64,000 nt of DNA, taken from NCBI GenBank assembly GCA_964016885.1, contig OZ024749.1, forward strand, positions 32,364,001-32,428,000, in the 5' to 3' direction. The position numbers and the translations under genes are program-made. The notes below the pieces were generated by a model, which was not told the origin of the DNA, ran no database searches, and saw only the letters and a list, made by a program, of their open reading frames with translations. How positions within the stretch are numbered: position 1 is the first letter of the stretch; every line of letters starts with the position of its first letter. The stretch comes from Eledone cirrhosa. Taxonomy: Eukaryota. Positions 54,060-64,000 of this stretch are shown one piece after another.

Positions 54060-55425
54060 GGGATGTGACTGGATGTGTGAGAGAGAGCGGTCTCTGAATC
54101 GCAGGAGCCTTGGTGCTGGTCGTTGCGTGGCTCCAATGATCAGAATGGAGAAACCGTTTCCTCGGAGATTAACGTGATGGACCCGCTGGAATAGCTATTC
54201 CAACGCGTGGAACTCACTTCTGCCCGATAGTAGAGAGTATTCAGGGACCAAAAACGTTGGACGTCTTCACTGCTACAGGTTCGACCACAAACCTATCGGA
54301 AAGCGACCGATACTTCGATAGTTTGCCCTCTTAGGCCTGACGAGGAGCGAATGCTGGTTCAGTTGCCGAATGCACCACTTTGCCACTGTAGGTGTCACAG
54401 CCTGTGGCATCCCAAATAAGGGGTTACCACCGCGGAACGAGAATATCGTTATGCCGTCTAGCCTTTTACCGTCCCTTCGGTCCAGCCTAACCGGCTCGTG
54501 TTGGTAAGAGAAGTATGCGGCCCCCAAGCCATGCTCTATGATCTCGTTGAGAGTAGCATGGCGTGAGAGACAACCAGCGATGGTGCGGCGTGATAATTGC
54601 TGAGGGCCGAAAGTGTGCACAGTAGATCTGCAGCGGCCTTTGAGTGGCTCGAAAATCAGGGGGCCTAGACTCAGGGAAACATCAATGCGAAGTGGTTGTC
54701 CAGCTAGATGCCTGTTGAAATCGAAGGTACGGTGTTACGTCAATCACTGTTGTGAGCAGGGGCCTCATTTGCCTTAAAAATGTGAGGGGAACAAACTAAC
54801 ATTTGTTGATTCTTAAAGGAGCATAAATTGCTTATGGTCCCTTTTCCGAACCCTATCACATAAGTAAAATTTTACGGTAATTAAATTTTATATATTCAAG
54901 TGAAGTTCAGATATAAAAAAATAAGCGTAAACAAATTTATTATATCAAATAAACAAAAAACAAAAGATGGTTTGTCCCCCCATTCCTGAAAAAGTGGGGG
55001 ATACTTGTCCCCCTGGTACCACCCTGAAACAAGGCCCTTGGTTAGGAGAAGTAGCGAAAAGATGCCAGAAAGTGCTGGTCAAGCAGACAAACAAGCTTAT
55101 CTGAGACCATGACACACTGGATGACGTCCCATTTGTTTTGTGAGGACAGAACGTCCACAGAGAAGAGGGTAGAGGTTTGGACGATGTCTGCAGTGCTGAA
55201 GTCCAACTAGTTCCATGTCGCGTAGGCCGCCTTGCGTTTCTCAATCAAAGTAAGTTCTGTTGTGTTGTGGAGAACTTTGTTGATGAGAGCACGACAGGAG
55301 CTCACGGACGAAAGAAATGCTGGCAATGCTAGTGGGACCTGTTACCATCTAAACAATTGGACACTATATATCTCCTCAGCACCGCACTGATCTGTTAGGT
55401 GAGATGCGTGACTGTTGCAGGGGTC
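54060..55425 (-). mobile_element. Decayed CRE-like non-LTR element (restriction-like endonuclease), interrupted by a MITE
   Basis: RHATLNEII...EPVRLDRRDGKRLDGITIF resembles the RH..LN..EP..L...DGKRPDG signature. Confidence 0.7.
54757..55040. mobile_element. hAT-type MITE, second copy
   Basis: TIRs CAGGGGCCTCATTT / AAACAAGGCCCTTG, degenerate 8-bp TSD GTTGTGAG/GTTAGGAG, homologous to 1870-2156. Confidence 0.75.
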
Positions 55426-55827
55426 ACAGCGGAAGGTTTAAGCATTTCCTCGGCATGAAAAGAGGGCTGCTGGACATATTATACATATATATAAATATAT
55501 GTCTATATATATGTGTGTGTGTATGTGTTAAAATAAATACCAGAGGTAACTTGAACAAAACGTACTGGTCTATATGATTTATTAAATCAATGCGATACCA
55601 CAGCTTGGCCGCGGTCAAGTGACTGAAACCAGTAAAAGAGTATGAGAAAAAGAGTATATATATATACATAGTATGGCACTATTTCTACACACACATATAT
55701 ATATATATATATAATTCAAGTAGACAACAAACAAAGGTACAAAAAGTCTTATTAGTTTCACGCTGTATATGGAAAAGGGGAAAGAAAGTTCGACGTGTCG
55801 GGCTTCTTCGGGAGTACAAAAATAGAG

Positions 55828-55915
<88 letters not shown>

Positions 55916-56329
55916 ATAATTAACTAACCTGAAGAAATGTCTAATTGTTCTGTGAAGATTGAATTGTCCGACAGACGAAGCTCCAAGTTGCTAGGAAGAA
56001 TTGTCTAAACCGCTTTGGTAGTTCTCAGCTAAAACTGATTGGCAACGACTGACGACTCTCGCTCTTTCTCTCTCTATTTATATATATTTATATATTTGCT
56101 ACTCGGAGGAATGGGAATAGGAAGGGAGGAGGGGAAGGCGTGGAAGGAAAGAGGGAGAGGGGAGGAATGATAGGTAGATAGAAGTGGGGAACGCTAAAGG
56201 TGAAGAGGAGGCTGGTTATAAAGTTGTGTGTATATGTGTGTGTGTGTGTATATGTAGGTATGTGTGTGTGTGTGTGTGTGTAGGTGTGTATATGTGTGTT
56301 TGAATATGTGTGGGCAAGAAAAATTGGGC

Positions 56330-57160
56330 GGGGGTTGTGGTGGTGGTGGTGGTCGTCGTCGTCGTCATGGTAGTAGTGATTGTGGTAGTGGTGGTGGTTG
56401 TGGTAGTGGTGGTGGTTGTGGTAGCGGTGGTGGTTGTAGTAGTGGTGGTGGTTGTGGTAGTGGTGGTGGTTGTGGTGGTTGTGGTAGTGGTGGTGGTTGT
56501 GGAAGTGGGGGTGGCTGTGATAGTGGTGGTGGTTGTGGTAGTGGTGTTGGTTGTGGTAGTGGTGGTGGTTGGGATAGTGGAGGTGGTTGTGGTAGTGTTG
56601 GTGGTTGTGGTGGCTGTGGTAGTGTTGGTGGTTGTGGTAGTGGTGTTGGTTGTGGTAGTGGTGGTGGTTGTGGTAGTGGTGGTGGTTGTGATAGTGGAGG
56701 TGGTTGTGGTAGTGTTGGTGGTTGTGGTGGCTGTGGTAGTGGAGGTGGTTGTGGTAGTGTTGGTGGTTGTGTTGGTTGTGGTAGTGGTGGTGGTTGTGGA
56801 AGTGGGGGTGGCTGTGATAGTGTTGGTGGTCGTGGTAGTGGTAGTGGTGGTGGTTGTGGTAGAGGTGGTGGTTGTGGTAGTGGTGGTGGTTGTGATAGTG
56901 GAGGTGGTTGTGGTAGTGTTGGTGGTTGTGGTGGTTGTGGTAGTGGTGGTGGTTGTGGTAGTGGTGGTGGTGGTGGTTGTGGTGGTGGTTGTGGTAGTGG
57001 TGGTGCTGATAGTGGTAGTTGTGGTGTTGGTGGTGATAGTGGTGGTGGTTGTGGTAGTGGTGGTGGTTGTGGTAGTGGTGGTGGTGATGGAAATGGAGGT
57101 GGCTGTGATAGTGGAGGTGGTTGTGGTGGTAGTGGAAGTATGGGTTGTGGTAGTGGTGGT
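56330..57160. repeat. GGT-based minisatellite, 18-bp unit GGTTGTGGTAGTGGTGGT
   Basis: Direct inspection; higher-order duplications present. Confidence 0.85.
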
Positions 57161-57374
57161 GTGAGATATTATAAGAAGACAATGAAGGAGGTGAGATGTA
57201 AGATGGACACAGAAAGGACAGGGGTAGCGGAGGAGTGGCGTGAGGGGTAGGGAAGGGAAAGACTGAGTGAGGAATAGGAGGAGTATGAGGAATTATAAAA
57301 AGGTATTAAGTGGAGAATATAATGATGATGATGATGATGATTATGATGATGGTGATGATGATGGTGGTGATGAT

Positions 57375-57481
<107 letters not shown>

Positions 57482-57612
57482 CATATACATATATATATGT
57501 ATATGTATATATATATATGTATATATATATGTGTATATGTATATATATATGTGTGTGTGTACATACACATACATATACATATATAAATACATATATATAC
57601 ATATATATATAC

Positions 57613-57724
<112 letters not shown>

Positions 57725-57727
57725 ATA

Positions 57728-57807
<80 letters not shown>

Positions 57808-57822
57808 TTAGTATATATATTC

Positions 57823-57853
<31 letters not shown>

Positions 57854-58216
57854 TATATATATATATAGAGAGAGAGAGAGAGGGGGAGAGAGAGAGGGAG
57901 AGAGAGAGAGATAAACATAGAAAGATAGAGAGGGATAGAGAGGGAGTAAAGATAGAGAGGGAGTAAAGATAAGCGAAAAAAGTGAGTTCGAGAGAAAGTG
58001 AAAGTTGATAATTTTTTTTTTTTTTTCCATTTCCATCAACCAATCAAATTGCACTAAATTGATATTCTTGATACTGATTGGGTACTTTCGGATTTTGGTG
58101 ACTGCGGTGGGTGGGAGTGATGGTAGCGCTGGTAGCGGTGGTTATTTCGCCAATTTTCAGCTCTGGTCAAGCAAGTTTATAATTCAAAGGCGTTCCCACC
58201 TATGACCATCACGTCA

Positions 58217-58270
<54 letters not shown>

Positions 58271-58420
58271 GTATATATATATATATGTGTGTGTTTGTGT
58301 GTGTGTGAAATATATATATATATATTTTAATTTCATTTGCACCGTTTCCTCTCACCCCCTTTTTGCTATATGTCTCTCCACCACTGCCCTACACACCCTT
58401 TGAACTCTCTTCCCACACAC

Positions 58421-58492
58421 TTTTCACCTGAAGAAGGGCTTATGCCTGAAACGTCGTTCCCCACCACCACCCCACTCTCAAGAGCGTGAAAT
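58421..58492 (+). ncRNA. Hammerhead-like motif
   Basis: CTGAAGA 58428, AGGGCTTATGCCT, GAAACGTC 58448-58455. The stem I partner GTGAAA is displaced about 30 nt downstream. Similar motif near 62774-62800. Confidence 0.5.
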
Positions 58493-58545
58493 TAATAAAC
58501 ATTTGTTGTACTGCCTCTCTGTTTTGTTCCCGTTCAATTTTTCAT

Positions 58546-58579
<34 letters not shown>

Positions 58580-58900
58580 GGCACCCGTTTTACGTGTGTT
58601 GTGTTAAGGCAAATAACTATGTGTATACTCTGGTAATGTATCTTACATTGCCCATTGAGTGCGCTGAGATACAACCGGTACTGGCATTGATAAATATGCT
58701 GGGTCCGTCAACCCTTATTATTATATTTGGCAGTATCGGTAGAGGGTTGGACATGCTTTCCAGCATAGTTACGTCCCTTAACGATCTGAGTTCAAATCCC
58801 GCCGAGGTTAACTTTGCCTTTCATCCTTACGGGGTCGATAAAATAAAGTACCAGTAATGTACTGGGTATTTGCTGGCCTTGTGCCAAAGGTAGAAACAAT

Positions 58901-58942
<42 letters not shown>

Positions 58943-58946
<4 letters not shown>

Positions 58947-59332
58947 AGGAGGTGAGTTTTATTGTAGTACAATAAAGCAATGCAGATATCGGATAAGAAG
59001 CACTCTACAGTTTGTAGGACTGGAGTATACATAATATATAAGAACAAAAGATGGTTAAAAGAGTTCCATGTATTTTATTATGCGCATTTCAAAAACAAAT
59101 ATCATCATGCAATAATATTTGTGTTTTCATCAGATAAAACAGGAAGACATGATATGAAGGTTAAAAAACAACATATGTTGATTTAAAACACCACTATCCA
59201 CAAGTGTTTTTTAACCTTCATATCATGTCTTCCTGTTTTATCTGATGAAAACACAAATATTATTGCATGATGATATTTGTTTTTGAAATGCGCATAATAA
59301 AATACATGGAACTCTTTTAACCATCTTTTGTT

Positions 59333-59340
<8 letters not shown>
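58943..59340. mobile_element. Fold-back hammerhead element, family A
   Basis: Extension 58943-59030, then inverted arms; CTGATGA 59242, GAAA 59285. Confidence 0.85.
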
Positions 59341-59419
<79 letters not shown>

Positions 59420-59598
59420 GCTGGCCTTGTGCCAAAAGTAGAAACAATTATTATTATTATATATATATATATATATATATATGTCCCAAGGCTCTGATAC
59501 CATCAACACTATACACACAGAGCTGGCATATCTAAGAACTGACTAACTGCCTGAGGAGGTCATAGCCATTCAATGGCTATCATCGAAATATATTTTCG

Positions 59599-59676
<78 letters not shown>

Positions 59677-60037
59677 TATATATTTTTGTATGTATGTATA
59701 AACAACCCTGTATGGAACGAATCGAACTTTCGAAGTACTGAATAGATTGAAATTCATAGAATTATAGAAGATAGCTGTAAACACAGTCGATTGGTATAAA
59801 TAACAGCTTAGATAATCGGGCAAGAGACCTCCTATAGATAGGGGAGAATGTGGCCAGTAGCCACTGTGAAGAATCGAACTTTGCATCTCTCAGATACTGG
59901 TTGGGAGCTCTAACTATGGAGCAAAGGAACCTCTAGCATAATGGTTAAAGCACTCAGCCGGCTTCTGAGAGTTGTAAAGTTCGATTCGTCACAGTGGCTA
60001 CTGGCTACTTTTTCCGTCCTTAGGTGTATTTTGTCCG

Positions 60038-60117
<80 letters not shown>

Positions 60118-60124
60118 GCACGCA

Positions 60125-60214
<90 letters not shown>

Positions 60215-60414
60215 GGAAAAGAGTCAGGACCCCGACGGCTGAGCTCCAGCCGTTTCGACAGCTAGTTCTGAACACTGTCAGAACTAGCTGTCGAAATGGT
60301 CGGAGCTCAGCCGTCGGGGTCCTGACTCTTTTCCTATTACCCACTCTACTACCCTAAGTATTGAGTACTCTGGTGCGTTATGGTCCACCTGGTTCCTTGC
60401 CACACTTCCTTCGT

Positions 60415-60448
<34 letters not shown>

Positions 60449-60636
60449 ACATTGAAAACGACTTACTCTATCTCTCTCTCTGTCTCTCTCTCTCTATCTC
60501 TCTATCTCTCTCTTTCTCTCTCTCTCTCTTTCTCTCTCTCTCACTCTCTCTCTCTCTCTCCATCTTTTCCTAAGAAAAACAATAAAGAAAGAAAGAAATA
60601 CTTTTTAAGGAAATTGTCGAGAAAATTGTGTGTGTG

Positions 60637-60667
<31 letters not shown>

Positions 60668-60704
60668 GTGTGTGTGTGTGTATGTGTGTGTGTGCGCGTG
60701 TGTA

Positions 60705-60798
<94 letters not shown>

Positions 60799-61175
60799 CA
60801 TACATGCATATACTTATGAGTATATGTGCGTATGTGTATGTATGTTAATGATATCTGTGCGTAAACTAAGTAGTTGTTTAGCCCTAGGTCAACCTACTGA
60901 ACAGAGCTATGGAAAAAGGCCTTCCAGTCGTGACCATCTTATCTTTATAGTAGTTTGTAAAGCTGTAATTTCCGTATTTTATGGCGGTTATTTGTGATCA
61001 AAGGCTGCTATTTCTAGCAGTTAGTATGACCACTTACAGAATCGCCCCTTTGGCTAGTTGCAAAGATAAGTGTGTGGGCGTTACTTTAAATTCTGTGTGT
61101 ATGTGTGTGTGTGTGTAGATGTGTGTGTGTGTGTCTGTGCTTACGTGTGTGTAGATGTGTGTGTGTGTGTGAGAA

Positions 61176-61265
<90 letters not shown>

Positions 61266-61493
61266 TCATGTATATACATATATATTTAATGAGTGTATAT
61301 ATAGATGTATACCTGAAAATATAGTTGTTATAGTAACACGGGATGAGACGTGTGTCTGACGTAGTGGTGGTGGTGGTTCGTGGTAGTAGTAGTAGTAGTA
61401 GTGGTGGTAGTAGTAGTGGAAGTGATGGTGGGTCGTGGTAGTACTGATCATGAGGCGGTGGGGGAGACAAAAGTTAATCACCATTATTACCAC

Positions 61494-61683
61494 GTGGATT
61501 GGCAGTATCGGTAGAGGGTCAGACGCCATGCTTTGACGCATAGAGTTACGGCCCTTGCCATTCTGAGGTCAAATCCCGCCGAGGTTAACTTTGCCTTTCA
61601 TCCTTACGGGGTCGATAAAATAAAGTACCAGTAATGCACTGGTTAATTGCTGGCCTTGTGCCAAAACGTAGAAACAATTATTA
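61494..61683 (+). mobile_element. S1 SINE copy
   Basis: Full head-to-tail match to the 48.5 kb copies. Others at 58728(+), 62845(-), 44392(-), 42422(+) and 38168(+). Confidence 0.85.
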
Positions 61684-62098
61684 CCATTACCACTATCACG
61701 TCCACCACCACTACTACCACTACCATCAAAATCTTAAGCTTTTGCATTATATCATCACCATCATTATCACCAAAACACACTCTCTCTATGTATCTATCTG
61801 TCTTGTTCTGTATATATATATATTGCGAAACAGTCTCCAAAACTGTCTAGTTGTTACAAGGCGTTTGCCCGATATAGGTCTGTTATTTTTCTTGATTTAC
61901 TACTTAAAATTAAGTCTGACAAACCACATTGCTGTAGTTAGTATTTTTTCACCCTAGCAAAACTTGTCCTTACGATTCGAACACATGTATGTTTATATTA
62001 GTGTTCATCTCTGTTGTTTATTCAATTATTTTACACGACTCGGAAAAGCTTTTTTCTTAGAGCTATTTAATTGTAAGAGACTACTCTGAGTTTCTAAC

Positions 62099-62210
<112 letters not shown>

Positions 62211-63302
62211 CAAGGTTTAGCAAATAAGAAAAAGTTTTAAAATAAATTTTTAAAAATTCATTGTACCTGCTATGGTTACCTTTACCGTATGGTTTCGAGT
62301 CTCAAAAATAAATGGATAGTCCTTACGGGCCTCCATTGAAAAGAAAAACTCTCATCAGAAGGTTCTTTTCACTCGGAGAATATAAAATTCCCGAGTTCGA
62401 ATTACGAACTCGCGCTATTCAAAATTGTTCCCGAGATGAGAATGAATGATGTGGAAGCAAGTATGTCCAGTACTGTGTGCAAAGATAGAAGGCAGAGGCG
62501 GAGAGGTCAATCTACTACCACTCTCAATAGCAGCAGTCAAAACGACCAAATGTTATTTCGACCAGGGGGAGATAATAATAATAAAGTATATATCCCTACA
62601 CGCAAAATACATATAGGGACACATGTATTATCCAATCATATGCCAATGTGGTTCTATGGCAGGTTAATAAATTAACGAGCCAGAACATATATATAATCAA
62701 GGTCCCGTCCTTTCATGTTTTTCCCGCTAACTCCCTCTTCACTCCTTCTCGGAGTTCTTCTCCCTCCACTCTCCCGATGAAAGCTTATGCCCGAAACGTC
62801 ATAACCATACACACACACAAAGTTTCACCAGGCGTGAAACTAATCATTGTTTCTACTTTTGACACAAGGCCAGCAATTACCCAGTGTATTACTGGTACTT
62901 TATTTTTTCGACCCCGTAAAGATGATAGGCAAAGTTAACCTCGGCGCGATTTGAATTCAGATCATAAAGGGCCGTAACTCTTTGCTGCAAAGCATGGCGT
63001 CAGACGCTCTACCGATACTGCGAATCCACTGCCATTACCATATAACATTTACTCCTGCGTTTGTTTGTATTTTGTTTTCTGTTATTTCGAATTATATATA
63101 TATATGCGTGTGTGTGTGAATGTTTAATCATTAAGGCCAGTAACTATAGCGGCTCGCCATAGCAGGTACATACGTTTCATTAGCCCAGAAAACCAACTTG
63201 TTCAACCTGTGCCGATAAAAATGAACCAGAAAACTCGCCCTACGGACTTGAGTTGCTTTATACCTTGAATATGTTTACCTACCTATTACTAGAGTATATA
63301 TA

Positions 63303-63535
63303 TATATTAGAAAGGGAACAACACAATATATAACTACTTCATTACCAAAGGACCCTAGACAATATTAACATATGTCTAGTTCGCTCATCAGACAGAGGGG
63401 TTAATATTGTCTAGGGTCCTGAAACCTTTGGTAATGGAGTAGTTATATACTGTGTTGTTCACTTTCTAATATAATAGTTCTGTTCTATACATAGGGCACT
63501 CTTTTTTCCTTTGCTTTTACTTCAGAAATACTTTA
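63303..63535. mobile_element. Fold-back element with a split hammerhead
   Basis: Arms about 63303-63368 / 63400-63473. CTGATGA lies on - in the loop; GAAAC-CTTTG-GTA-ATGGAG lies on + in the right arm. Confidence 0.7.
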
Positions 63536-63581
63536 CATATATACATATATTCTCCCCAAAAATGAAATTTTGGCTTAAGCT

Positions 63582-63640
<59 letters not shown>

Positions 63641-63825
63641 AAAAAGTATGACCCCGACGGCAGAGCTCAAGCCGTTTCGACGGCTATTTCTGGACTGAAA
63701 TAGCCGTCGAAACGGCTTGAGCTCTGCCGTCGGGGTCATACTTTTTCCTATTTCCCACTCTACTACCCTAAGTATTGAGTACTCTGGTGCGTTATGGTCC
63801 ATTTGGTTCCTTACCACAATTCCTT

Positions 63826-63877
<52 letters not shown>

Positions 63878-64000
63878 CACCGTATTTTAGACTAAAGAAA
63901 TTTCTAGCCTGATAGTGGGGTTTATAACCCTCGGAGAAATGGAAAAAGATGAGTGTTGCCGTACATGGGAGTCGAACCCACATCTTTGGTTATCGACTCC

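Noticed and set aside
56264-57250. 328-aa Gly/Cys/Ser-rich ORF and 364-aa His-rich antisense ORF
   Set aside because: A GGT-based minisatellite open in several frames, with no signal peptide or clear splice context. A structural-protein exon cannot be fully excluded without RNA data.

Overview
Eukaryotic, AT-rich, microsatellite-saturated DNA, most likely intronic or intergenic octopus/cephalopod sequence (inferred from repeat content, not verified). Nearly all ORFs in the supplied track are artefacts of (TA)n, (CA)n, (TACA)n and (GA)n runs. The real coding signal is mostly decayed retroelements: two Penelope-like elements (PLEs, one with RT and GIY-YIG at 30.3-33.8 kb), an RTE LINE, a CR1 LINE, Tx1/L1, CRE and R4/Dong fragments, and mariner/hAT MITEs. 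There are also many tRNA-derived SINEs and two or three probable exons of a minus-strand host gene. The most striking feature is about 25 asymmetric fold-back elements from many unrelated families, typically flanked by (TA)n. Many carry type-I hammerhead ribozyme folds, including C3-G8 to U3-A8 covariant cores and large stem-II insertions. They share their architecture with the coding PLEs, which points to a dense PLE-mobilised, ribozyme-bearing hairpin (retrozyme-like) system. All structures were read by eye; no searches or folding programs were run.
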